Virus record (IMG/VR): IMGVR_UViG_2740892488_000014
Length of the DNA: 30,859 nucleotides
Reading direction: 5' to 3' (one strand)
Source: a virus
Taxonomy: Duplodnaviria > Heunggongvirae > Uroviricota > Caudoviricetes
Position 1 is the stretch's first letter; each line of letters begins with the position of its first letter. The position numbers and the translations under genes are program-made. The notes below the pieces were generated by a model that saw only the letters and a list, made by a program, of their open reading frames with translations, was not told the DNA's origin and ran no database searches. Shown here one piece after another: positions 18,544 through 27,380 of the stretch.

Positions 18544-18963
18544 ATGAGCACAAAAACAGAATTGCTGGCGCGTATTGACGATCTGAGCGCTCAGCTCGGT
18601 CGCGAATTACCGCGCAGCGGGACTATTGCGGAACTGGAATCAATCGTTGCCGGCGCTGAGTCAGAGCTCGATATTCTGAACGAGCAATCCGGTGACGCGG
18701 GAGGCATCGAGATTACAGTGAATACTGCGTCCGGGACCGATAATGAACTCGCTCAATCAATCGCGAGCGCTATCGTTTCACAGTCACAAGAGCAGGAGCT
18801 CGCACCGGCTACGCGCCGCGTCAAGTTGCGTAACACGCTGGACGTTTATCACTACGTGAACGGGCGTCGCGTTCGCGAGATTGTTGCCGCAGGCCGTGAA
18901 ATTGTTGTTGATTCACCGGAGGTCGCAGACCTTATCGCAGCTGATCACGTTTACGCTCTATGA
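18544..18963 (+). CDS. DNA-packaging/head-assembly protein, lambda gpFI-like, 139 aa
   Basis: Position and loose N-terminal similarity to lambda FI (M..K.EL.AR...L..QL.R.....GT..EL...VA....ELD). Confidence 0.65.
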   Translation: MSTKTELLARIDDLSAQLGRELPRSGTIAELESIVAGAESELDILNEQSGDAGGIEITVNTASGTDNELAQSIASAIVSQSQEQELAPATRRVKLRNTLDVYHYVNGRRVREIVAAGREIVVDSPEVADLIAADHVYAL

Positions 18964-19472
18964 GCTACTACGATGACCTCCGGGCCGGCGACGAGGAGAT
19001 GATCCGTGAGTGGGGACGGCCCGTTAAATTACGCGGTAAAACCGACCCCATTATCGCTATTTTCAACGAGCCTTACGCGCGCGTTGACGTTCCTCACGCT
19101 GGTTTTATTACCGGTACAGTAACGAGCCTGACGGCGCTCTCGGACGACGTCGCTGGCGTTGTTGCGCGTGACGTCGTCCAGGTTCCAAAGCAGCGCAGCA
19201 TCGAACCTGACGGCTCTGTTACCTGGTCTGGCTGGACCGATTACGTGGTTAAAGAGCCTCAACCTGATGGCACAGGGCTCACGAATATTTTTTTTAGAGC
19301 CTCACACGTCCAGCGAAAACAGCGAGTATTCAAAATACTAAGTGGGACCTCGGTCCCACTTAAGGGGGAACCGTGGCCGATTTACGTAGTAACGCGCAGA
19401 TGTTCGATATCGATGTTTCGGCGCTGGAGCAGCTCAGAGTCGAAATCAGCGCGACGCAACATCAAATGTTAA
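18960..19472 (+). CDS. Head-tail connector, lambda gpFII-like; probably frameshifted at a T8 run (~19288-19295). With T7 the gene ends at 19341 (127 aa)
   Basis: Collinear with lambda FII (...VIRGVFDDPEN.../...IIAIFNEPYAR...). The corrected C-terminus ...GTGLTNIFLEPHTSS... parallels lambda ...GGSCHLWLGRGV...; the uncorrected ORF runs 131 nt into the next gene. Confidence 0.65.
   Translation: MSYYDDLRAGDEEMIREWGRPVKLRGKTDPIIAIFNEPYARVDVPHAGFITGTVTSLTALSDDVAGVVARDVVQVPKQRSIEPDGSVTWSGWTDYVVKEPQPDGTGLTNIFFRASHVQRKQRVFKILSGTSVPLKGEPWPIYVVTRRCSISMFRRWSSSESKSARRNIKC
19341..19361 (+). other. Perfect 9-bp stem hairpin AGTGGGACC-tcg-GGTCCCACT between the FII-like gene and the first tail gene, directly upstream of an SD AAGGGGG
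   Basis: Read from the sequence. No U-tract follows it. Confidence 0.4.
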
Positions 19473-20053
19473 TGGTATACAACAGGGCGCTGAACCGAAC
19501 TGCAAAACATATGCACCGAATTTCAGCAGGAATGATTTTGACTGCACTGGCAGCTAAAAATCATAAGGCCGTAGATAAACGAATCAAGCCGTTCATTAAG
19601 CGCCGTAATTTTACAAAAGAAGGGGCAGGAGACCTGAGCAGCGCCAAGCTCTGGTACGGTCTGAATGATTTCCGGGTATCTGAGCTAAAGGGGCGATTAC
19701 AAAATCCACGGAGGCAAAAACAGCCTCGCGATCTTGAGACCGGCCTGTTTTTGAAAACCAAAAAAGGCGCTAGAGGGGCAACTTTTACACCCAAAAGTGC
19801 AGGGCTGGCGATGATGAGTTGGCCCGATTCATTCGTAGCGAAACGCTACGGTGCGAAAAGTGTCTGGATTCGACTGGATCGCGGAGGAATCGAAGAGGCT
19901 CGCGTACCTGTGCACGACGCGCTGGAGGATGCTATCGATGATTATATTTTTGAAAACATTGGCCCTGTTTTTATGGGCTTTTTTGAGAAAGATTTGCGCG
20001 GTCGCGTGAAAGGTAATGTCCACGTAGACCCAAAAACAGGTAAACGATTATGA
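19373..20053 (+). CDS. Hypothetical virion protein (226 aa) at the head-tail junction; possible tail completion/adaptor
   Basis: GTG start with strong SD; sits between FII-like and tail-terminator-like genes; no family recognised. Confidence 0.5.
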   Translation: MADLRSNAQMFDIDVSALEQLRVEISATQHQMLMVYNRALNRTAKHMHRISAGMILTALAAKNHKAVDKRIKPFIKRRNFTKEGAGDLSSAKLWYGLNDFRVSELKGRLQNPRRQKQPRDLETGLFLKTKKGARGATFTPKSAGLAMMSWPDSFVAKRYGAKSVWIRLDRGGIEEARVPVHDALEDAIDDYIFENIGPVFMGFFEKDLRGRVKGNVHVDPKTGKRL

Positions 20054-20586
20054 GCGGACTGGATGCATTTGACGAATATCTTGATCGCGTTAAAGGCGCG
20101 GTTTTACAAATACCGTTCATCAAAACATTCGGAATTTATCCGGAAATTCCGGCTGGATTTGAAACGCCAGCTCTGTTCCTGGAAATCAGCAACTGGTCAC
20201 AGAGTGACGAATCGGTTCCAGGCTCAATTCAGTCAGTCGAGCTGTCGTGTAATTTGTATTTGCTGCGTGAATTTGCAGCTGATCAGTACGGACTGAAATC
20301 GCAGAATGCAGCGCTCTATATGACGAGCTGGATCAATGGGCGAATGTTCGGTCCCGGAACTAAACCGGCAAAATTCAGCGACGCGGAACCGTGCGACTGG
20401 ATTAAAAACGGGCAGTCAGTCGGTTCGCATTCAGTTCAGTGCGTGTCGTTCACGCAGGTTGTAGGCGTTGGTCCAGATATTTTCGATTATCCCTCACAGG
20501 GGACCCTGAAAAATATATACGTCGGAATAGCACCAGATATCGGCGCAGAACATGAGGGCGACTATTATGGCCCAATCGGACGATGA
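20050..20586 (+). CDS. Putative tail terminator/completion protein (lambda gpU / P2 gpR-like), 178 aa
   Basis: The segment ...PALFLEISNWSQSDESVPGSIQSVELSCNLYLL... parallels lambda U ...PAVAVYLTGAEYTGEELDSDTWQAELHIEVFL...; position is just before the baseplate genes. Weak. Confidence 0.4.
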   Translation: MSGLDAFDEYLDRVKGAVLQIPFIKTFGIYPEIPAGFETPALFLEISNWSQSDESVPGSIQSVELSCNLYLLREFAADQYGLKSQNAALYMTSWINGRMFGPGTKPAKFSDAEPCDWIKNGQSVGSHSVQCVSFTQVVGVGPDIFDYPSQGTLKNIYVGIAPDIGAEHEGDYYGPIGR

Positions 20587-21469
20587 ATATGCTGCAGCGG
20601 AGAACGCGCGCAGGCTGCGTGACGCAGTTAAACGCGGCACGATAGCTGCAGTTAAAATGAATCCTCCACGCTGCCGAGTCTCATTTGGTGGCGAACACCA
20701 GTCAGGCTGGCTGCAGTGGTTTACTCACGCCACCTCAGAACGCGTCGACTGGAGCGCACCATCAGTGGGCGATCCCGTTACTGTTGTTTCTGAGGGTGGG
20801 GATACGCGGAACGGTGTAGTTATGCTCGGGCTGCACATTGACGACAAAGCTCCGCCAAGCAATGACCCCCATGATCATGTCACTGCATACTGTGACGGGG
20901 CTACGATGACGTATAACACAAAAAATCACACTCTGACATGGCAGGGCGTACCGGACGGCGTGGTAAAAATACTCGGTGAGTCTGAAATAGAAATATTTGG
21001 ACGCGCAGATGTTACTATTAATAGCGAAAATGTAGTTAATATCCATGGTGGGAAATTAATTAACGCAGACGCTGATATTATTAATGTCACAGCGACAGAT
21101 ACAATTAACGCACATGCTGATTTAGTGAACGTTATAGCAACGAGTTCTGTTAGTGTTACTGCTGCGAACAGAATATCGCTGACAGCTCAAACAATCAGCG
21201 CGTGGGCTCCGGGTGGTATAACACTAGCTGGTCCAACGCATATTACCGAGACATTAGTAGTAGATAAATTAGCGACATTCCGTAACGATATTTCTGTCAC
21301 TGGAGATAACGGTGGAACAGGTAATATCACAACTCGCGGTAGTGTGTTAGCAGGGCAAGAGGTGCAGGACCGACAAGGCACAATAACTGAAGTCCGCACA
21401 ACGTATAACGGACACACTCATATATGTCCGGACGGGGAAACTCAACAACCGAACCAACCAATGGCGTAA
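20567..21469 (+). CDS. Baseplate hub/spike protein, P2 gpV-like, ~300 aa
   Basis: N-terminal ...RCRV..GG....WLQW.TH......W.APSVG..V.... matches P2 V. The C-terminal beta-helix repeat region ends in a conserved ...HTH.CP.G apex motif. Confidence 0.85.
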   Translation: MAQSDDEYAAAENARRLRDAVKRGTIAAVKMNPPRCRVSFGGEHQSGWLQWFTHATSERVDWSAPSVGDPVTVVSEGGDTRNGVVMLGLHIDDKAPPSNDPHDHVTAYCDGATMTYNTKNHTLTWQGVPDGVVKILGESEIEIFGRADVTINSENVVNIHGGKLINADADIINVTATDTINAHADLVNVIATSSVSVTAANRISLTAQTISAWAPGGITLAGPTHITETLVVDKLATFRNDISVTGDNGGTGNITTRGSVLAGQEVQDRQGTITEVRTTYNGHTHICPDGETQQPNQPMA

Positions 21470-21471
21470 AG

Positions 21472-21813
21472 ATGCTTGGAATGGACCGTAACACCGGTAA
21501 ACTTTTATCGGGGACTGATCACATTCGTCAGTCTATCGTTGATATTTTAACGACCCCGCTGGGGACGCGTGTAATGCTGCCGGAATATGGCAGCAAATTA
21601 TTTGATCTTGTTGATAATCCCACAGATCCGTCGCTTGCTATGCGAATAATCATGGAAAGCGCTGGCGCAATAGCACGATGGGAACCACGCGTCAGAATTG
21701 ACAGAATAAATGTGTTAGCAGTGGATATCGGGAAAATAACAATATTAATTATCGCAACAGATATCGAAACACAACAGCGATTAGAGTTTAATAATATGGA
21801 GCTGATATTTTGA
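21472..21813 (+). CDS. Baseplate wedge protein, P2 gpW / T4 gp25-like (GPW_gp25 family), 113 aa
   Basis: MLGMDRNTGKLLSG.DHIRQSIVDILTTPLGTRVM.PEYGS.LFDL.D.P matches the P2 W signature. The track ORF starts upstream at 21424, overlapping V. Confidence 0.85.
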   Translation: MLGMDRNTGKLLSGTDHIRQSIVDILTTPLGTRVMLPEYGSKLFDLVDNPTDPSLAMRIIMESAGAIARWEPRVRIDRINVLAVDIGKITILIIATDIETQQRLEFNNMELIF

Positions 21814-22730
21814 TAACATCAACAGTTCAGAATTCGATAGTGAAAACTATTGATATGAGTCTGCTGCCGCCGCCAGCATTCGTTAAAACCCCGTTATTTT
21901 CAGATGTTAAATCTAATCTACTGTCAGAGCTGCAGATATTATATCCACAATTTAACGCACTCCTGGAGTCAGACCCGGCCGTTAAACTGCTGGAAATAGT
22001 TGCATACAGAGAAATCATTATTACAGCTCGGGTAAATCAGGGGATGCTCGCTGTATTGCTCGCGTTTGCAAAGGGGAGTGACCTCGACCAGATTGGCGCT
22101 AATTTTGACTGCCTGCGGCTGTTGATAACGCCAGCTAATCCCGATGTAATTCCCCCGACTGAGGCTGTTTACGAGAGTGACGACGAGTATCGACACCGAA
22201 TACAGCTATCATGGTATGCGCGGAATACTGCCGGCAGTACGAACGCCTATAACTATTTCGCGCTGTCGAGTGATCCCGACGTTCTGTCAGCTCAGGCGTA
22301 CGGCCCGCCGGTGACCCAGCCTGGATACGTCGATATGTATGTCTTGTCGCGAACCGGCGACGGCACTCCGCCTCAATCACTACTGAATACAGTGAATGCG
22401 GCCCTGTCTCCTGACGATACTCGACCGCTGACTGATTTCGTGACTGTAAAACCTGCGTCGAACCTGAATTACCGGGTTGAGGCCGTTATCGTAGCCGGGC
22501 TCGGACCCGACCAGAACGTTTTGCTTAACGGTGCTCAGAGCGATTTGGCGATATATGTGGATACGCAACATAAAATCGGAGCGACGGCAGCTCTGTCAGG
22601 AATTTACGACGCGATACATCGTGACGGCACTGAACGTGTGATTCTGATATCGCCAACAGAGGATGTGATCGCTGGCGTCGGGCAGGCTCCGTACTGCACA
22701 GAAATCAAACTCAGCGTGCAAATGGGGTAG
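21810..22730 (+). CDS. Baseplate assembly protein, P2 gpJ-like, 306 aa
   Basis: Collinear with P2 J (...EP.VKLLE..AYRE...R.RVN......LA.A.G.DLD.IGAN....RL.ITPA......PT.AV.ESD..YR.RIQ...). Confidence 0.9.
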   Translation: MITSTVQNSIVKTIDMSLLPPPAFVKTPLFSDVKSNLLSELQILYPQFNALLESDPAVKLLEIVAYREIIITARVNQGMLAVLLAFAKGSDLDQIGANFDCLRLLITPANPDVIPPTEAVYESDDEYRHRIQLSWYARNTAGSTNAYNYFALSSDPDVLSAQAYGPPVTQPGYVDMYVLSRTGDGTPPQSLLNTVNAALSPDDTRPLTDFVTVKPASNLNYRVEAVIVAGLGPDQNVLLNGAQSDLAIYVDTQHKIGATAALSGIYDAIHRDGTERVILISPTEDVIAGVGQAPYCTEIKLSVQMG

Positions 22731-22732
22731 CC

Positions 22733-23359
22733 ATGACAAGTCAAAGCGTACTGCCTCCGAACGCAATAACCCCTGAGAGGGCGCTTGAGGTTGTTTTATC
22801 TCACGTCGGCGATCTGCCTGGCGATATTCGAATTATTAAAAATCCCGATTTGTGCCCTGCAAATCTGTTGCCGTGGCTGGCGTGGGAGTACGCGGTCACC
22901 TACTGGAACCCCGACTGGAGTGAGCAGCAAAAACGCGAAATTATTAAAGCAGCTGCGTGGCAGAATAAGCACCGCGGAACGCGTGGAGCTGTTGAACGAG
23001 CGTTATTAACTGTTGGCTTTGAGAGCAAAATGAGAGAGTGGTTTGAAGCCACGCCCAGGGACGACCCGTATACATTCGCAATTAAAATATATCTGCTAAA
23101 AAGCATGGGGTTAGATTTAGAACTATTGAATACATTTATTGCACAAATATTTGATGCAAAAAATTGTCGTTCCTTATTAAAAGAAATAAATTTCGAAACG
23201 GGTGTCGATGGTGAGTTTTTTATAGCCGGTACACCTTACGCGAAAATAGGCGTAAACGTCCCAGCAGACGGCGACGGCGGTGTAAAAATTAACGGCGGGC
23301 TATATATATCGGGCTCACCAATTGTTAGTTTAAATGTGGAGATAGGGCCAAATGGCTGA
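22733..23359 (+). CDS. Baseplate/tail-formation protein, P2 gpI-like, 208 aa
   Basis: ...NPD.CPANLLPWLAW...W...W.E..KR..I......H..GT.GA..R... matches P2 I. Confidence 0.85.
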   Translation: MTSQSVLPPNAITPERALEVVLSHVGDLPGDIRIIKNPDLCPANLLPWLAWEYAVTYWNPDWSEQQKREIIKAAAWQNKHRGTRGAVERALLTVGFESKMREWFEATPRDDPYTFAIKIYLLKSMGLDLELLNTFIAQIFDAKNCRSLLKEINFETGVDGEFFIAGTPYAKIGVNVPADGDGGVKINGGLYISGSPIVSLNVEIGPNG

Positions 23360-24536
23360 AAATAAAATTTACGCAGTACTGACAGACCGTGGCGCACAAC
23401 TTGAAGCCGCTGCGCTGGCATCGGGTGTACCCGTGGTGCTGAATAAATTCGTTATTGGCGACGCAAACGGAAACGACGACGTAACACCGGACCCGGCACG
23501 AACTGCATTAATTCACGAGACGTATCGTGGGGATATTAAATCCGCAGAAAATAGCGGTAACCAGGTTATCTTTACACTTTACGTACCGCCAGACACTGGG
23601 GGCTATACTATCCGTGAGGTGGGGATATTAACAGATAAAGGCGAGCTGTACTCTGTGGCGCGCTCGCCGGACATTTTAAAACCTACGGACAGCAACGGTG
23701 CGCTGATTTCAATCACGTATAAATACACACTCGCGGTGTCCAGCACATCTACGGTTAATGTTGTAGTATATGACAACTACGTAACTCCCGAGGAAGCTGA
23801 CAAAAAATATTTGCAGATAAGTAAAAACTTATCTGAAATTCCCGCAAATGGTGAAACTGCTCAGCAGGCTGCGCGGAAAAATATTGGTATAGATGGGGAC
23901 GTTGCATATAGAGATAAGGGTAATGCATTTACTCATCCAAATACTTTTAAAGATGATGTGATTTTTGAAGACGTTTTATCCTCTAAAAAACAAATAAATA
24001 TAAACAAACCGGGCACTGATTTGACGTTGTTTTCATTTGCTGGTTTATCAGATGTGTCGGGCGATTATTTAGATTTTTCGACCCGTGGAGAAAACAATCA
24101 GAAGGTTTTTTATAGATTACGCGGAGTTCACTATGATGGCCTGGTGTTACTGTGCGGCGGGCAGACGTATAAATACTGGAATGAGGCTAATCTTAAACCG
24201 GTTAAAACGATTAACGGGGAGTCGCCGGATGAAAATGGCAACATAGATATAAGTCTTTCACCGGACCCATCACCGGAAATAGGTGTTGTTGGCGCGGTTG
24301 GTACTTATGCGCTTGTCGCTATTAATCATGCACCACAAATACTCCCGGGCTCCATATGGGCTGGAGGGGATTTATATTACGCTAGTATAAATAATACCGG
24401 TTCATATAACACGGATATTGCCACAAAACCATTTTATGACACACCACTTATTGGCTCATGGCGAGCCATGGCGTATTCACCCGGTGGAGTCGGTGATATT
24501 GGGACTGCCTGTTTTTTAGCTATTAGGATTGCGTAA
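23352..24536 (+). CDS. Tail fibre protein, P2 gpH-like: conserved N-terminal attachment domain with an AT-rich, divergent C-terminal receptor-binding part; 394 aa
   Basis: The N-terminal ~150 aa match the P2-like fibre N-domain (...G.P.....F.VGDG.G.......GL.HE..R..I.........I..L..PP..GG...RE.GL.D..G.L..VA......KP). GC content drops sharply after ~23.8 kb. Confidence 0.8.
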   Translation: MAENKIYAVLTDRGAQLEAAALASGVPVVLNKFVIGDANGNDDVTPDPARTALIHETYRGDIKSAENSGNQVIFTLYVPPDTGGYTIREVGILTDKGELYSVARSPDILKPTDSNGALISITYKYTLAVSSTSTVNVVVYDNYVTPEEADKKYLQISKNLSEIPANGETAQQAARKNIGIDGDVAYRDKGNAFTHPNTFKDDVIFEDVLSSKKQININKPGTDLTLFSFAGLSDVSGDYLDFSTRGENNQKVFYRLRGVHYDGLVLLCGGQTYKYWNEANLKPVKTINGESPDENGNIDISLSPDPSPEIGVVGAVGTYALVAINHAPQILPGSIWAGGDLYYASINNTGSYNTDIATKPFYDTPLIGSWRAMAYSPGGVGDIGTACFLAIRIA

Positions 24537-24925
24537 TGATAAGCGTTGATTCATTTAGAAAAATAACAAACCCTGTTTTTAATGACGAGCATGGGTTATC
24601 TATAAATATTATTTGCGATATTGACGGGATTGGAAACGACATTCCATTCACCGCAATGAAAAATGATTGCGAGGAACACGGTAGGGTTTTATATGAAAGA
24701 GCGCTGAGCGGGGATTATGGGAGCATTTCTAAATTTGTAAAAAAAGAGCAGACGCAAAAACTCCAGACTACATTACGGACTGTTGGCGATCTGTCAATTG
24801 AGGCATTCTCAATTCAGTGTGCAGTAGATGCCGGAACCGCATCTGACGCGCAAATCGAAAATTTGGCCGAGCTTAAAGAAGCAATAGCGACGCGAATTGG
24901 TGAAAATAGAGAAGGAATAAAATGA
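24536..24925 (+). CDS. Putative tail-fibre assembly/chaperone protein, 129 aa, AT-rich
   Basis: Position directly downstream of the fibre gene, with ATGA overlaps at both ends. It shares the low GC of the fibre C-terminus. No strong family signature. Confidence 0.45.
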   Translation: MISVDSFRKITNPVFNDEHGLSINIICDIDGIGNDIPFTAMKNDCEEHGRVLYERALSGDYGSISKFVKKEQTQKLQTTLRTVGDLSIEAFSIQCAVDAGTASDAQIENLAELKEAIATRIGENREGIK

Positions 24926-26425
24926 GCGTAACTAATTTTTTACACGGTATTCGCACGCTCGAATACGACGACGGCACAAAAGAGATCAACACAGTAGATA
25001 TTTCCGTGATTGGGATTGTTGGTACTGCTCCCGATTCCAGCTACCCAACTTGTGCATCACTATTATGGGGATCAGAGCTCGCAGACAATCTTGTTGAGTT
25101 TTCGACTGTCATGCCAGGGGCCGACGGAAACAACTGGATTGTTGAAATTGTTGATTTGGGAATTAACGGGAATGTAGCAACTCCAGGATACAGCACACTG
25201 CCCGACGGTTCGAGAAAATTAACAATGATCACGGACGGTGCCATGACCCCGTCAAAAATGTACGATCAGAACCAGCAGTATAAAGAAGGACTCCAGATTG
25301 GAGAATATATTAACGTCACATTCGGTGGTGATCACGCAGGAACGGGGACTGTATTCGCGCTCCCCCCAACAAATTTATCCGGTGGTAAAGACGAATCGTT
25401 CAAATATAATGTTCCGACGTTAATTGCAGGCAGTCAAAAAAAAAGCTGGATTGCTCGGTGGGTCTGGAACCCTTCCTCCCGCTGTATCTGAAATACTAAA
25501 TCAGGAGGATGCCATTATTGTTGTTGTCCGCGTCGAAGAGGACAGCGACGAAACAAAAATGCGGCAGAACGTCGTTAACGGGATTAACGCATTGTTGACG
25601 TCTGCGCAAATAAATCAAGTAACGCCGAGAATTTTAATCGCTCCAGATTATAGTGCTAACGATTATATTGCAGAACAACTTGAAGTGGTGACAAATAAAT
25701 TACGAGGCGTTGGATATATCGATTCACCGCGAGGCGCTACGCCTGCTGACGTTGTAAATCGTCGTCAGAGGTACGGCGGCAGAATGGAAATTCTGCGCCC
25801 TCGTGTTTATTCTACGAGTGATGTTAGTGGTTTATCTCGTCCGTATTCAGCTATCGCTGCTGGTTTACGAGCCAGAATTGATAACGAAAAAGGGTTTTGG
25901 TGGAGCAAATCGAATCAAAATATCTACGGAATTACAGGACTCGAACAAGTCGATGATTTTATAATCGGTGAAACGAACTGCACAGCAAATCTGCTGAACG
26001 CCAGCCAGGTCAGCACAATTATTCGCTATGATGGATTCAGACACTGGGGTAACTATCTGTGTAGCCTCAGTCCCCAATGGTCCTTTGAATGCGTTCGTCG
26101 GACAGCTGACGTAATTGAGGATTCAATAGCCCGGGCAATGATGACCGATTTTATTGATCGCCCGATAGACCTGCACCTCGGAACAGACGTTGTAGAGTCG
26201 ATAAACGCGTATCTGCATAAATTAGAGGAGCAGGGCGCGATTAACGGAGGACGGGCGTGGTTAGATGAAGAGTTAAATACAAAAGAAAGTCTGGCCGCTG
26301 GTAATCTTTATATTAATGTTGACTTTGGACCGAAATCCCCGGCACAAACAATTACGTTAATGTACCGCATTAATAATGATTACACAGTTGAAGCTCTGGC
26401 CTCTCTTTTTAAAGAAACAGTCTAA
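24922..26425 (+). CDS. Contractile tail sheath protein, P2 gpFI-like, with an extra ~130-aa insertion domain; frameshifted at an A9 run (~25436-25444)
   Basis: ORF 24922..25491 matches the sheath N-terminus (HG....LE...GT..I.TV...IG.VGTA.D). ORF 25424..26425 is collinear with the rest of P2 FI (...RILG.P......LRA.ID.E.G...S.SN....G.TG......LL...GV.T.IR.DGFR.WGN...). A9 read as A8 joins them. Confidence 0.9.
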
Positions 26426-26442
26426 TAATCTGGAGAATTGAT

Positions 26443-26955
26443 ATGGCAGATAGTAACACCTATCGTGCATTTGCGTTGTTCGTCCAGGGAGAACGAGTTT
26501 TAAATTGCACTGAATACACTCCCGTCGATATGAAAATAATCGAAGATGATTTTAAGACGGGCGCTATGGATACAGCTATCACTCTGGACGGGGGAATGGA
26601 GAAAATGTCAGCCAGTTTTAAAGTCTCTGGCTCCGATTCTGGTGTGATGGGGTATTTGGGATTAATACCAGGTGCTAAAACAAGGTTCGAAATTCGAAGT
26701 GCATATACTGACAATTACGGTGTCAATTTTGAACGTATTGATACATATGAGGGGCTTATTACGGCGATTACTGATGACGCGCAGGGGACTGATTCAAAAT
26801 CAGCAGTTGGGCAATCAGTAACGATTGCGCCGAGCTATTATAAACGAGTTCAAAATGGAAAAATTATTTACGAGATTCATCCTGCAAAAATGAAACGAGT
26901 AATTAATGGTGTTGACGTTCTTGCGGGCGTTGCTCGTATTCTCCATGTATATTAA
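26443..26955 (+). CDS. Tail tube protein, P2 gpFII-like, 170 aa
   Basis: Position after the sheath; C-terminal ...EI....KM..VNGVD.L... pattern is shared with P2 FII. Confidence 0.8.
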   Translation: MADSNTYRAFALFVQGERVLNCTEYTPVDMKIIEDDFKTGAMDTAITLDGGMEKMSASFKVSGSDSGVMGYLGLIPGAKTRFEIRSAYTDNYGVNFERIDTYEGLITAITDDAQGTDSKSAVGQSVTIAPSYYKRVQNGKIIYEIHPAKMKRVINGVDVLAGVARILHVY

Positions 26956-26967
26956 AAGGCAAATAAA

Positions 26968-27249
26968 ATGGAATCATTATTAGACAGTATGACTATTACG
27001 CTCTCTCGCCCGTTTATTATTAAGGGGGAGAGCCGCGATACAATTACTATTCGCGAACCAAAATTACGCGACCGCATTATGTTCAGTAACGATAAAAGTG
27101 GTCTTGAAGAGCGGACAGCGACAATGCTGGCGCGCCTGGCAAATCTGGAGCGTGAGGATTTATATGCACTGCCTGCGTGCGATTACGATCAAATGGAGGC
27201 CGCATTTAACGAACTGGTAAAGCCTCCGAAAGACCGACATCAGATATAG
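26968..27249 (+). CDS. Tail assembly chaperone, P2 gpE-like, 93 aa
   Basis: Position between the tube and tape-measure genes; the ...TLSRPF...TITIREP..RD... pattern fits the Phage_tail_E family. Confidence 0.8.
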   Translation: MESLLDSMTITLSRPFIIKGESRDTITIREPKLRDRIMFSNDKSGLEERTATMLARLANLEREDLYALPACDYDQMEAAFNELVKPPKDRHQI

Positions 27250-27380
27250 TTATTCTGATTCCGTTTATTGCGAAAAAACTTGCCATCCCGCCCGATACGC
27301 AAATGGACCTGCCGTACCGGGTTTTTAATTTCTATGTAAACGAGGTCATGAAAATCGATGGCTATTTCTCAAAACTTTAA
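26968..27380 (+). CDS. Predicted gpE+E' fusion made by programmed -1 ribosomal frameshifting near the 3' end of E (analogue of lambda G/GT); E' extension ~27222..27380
   Basis: The -1 frame is open from 27210 to a TAA at 27378-27380, overlapping the tape-measure start. A correctly phased heptamer G_GTA_AAG lies at ~27216-27222 (lambda uses G_GGA_AAG). The extension reads ...IVILIPFIAKKLAIPPDTQMDLPYRVFNFYVNEV... Confidence 0.5.

Noticed and set aside
20990-21220. Periodic repeats in DNA and protein (VNIHGGKLINADADIINVTATDTINAHADLVNVIATSSVSV...) considered as a possible tandem repeat or CRISPR-like array
   Set aside because: They are in-frame beta-helix repeats of the gpV spike protein, not spacer-repeat units
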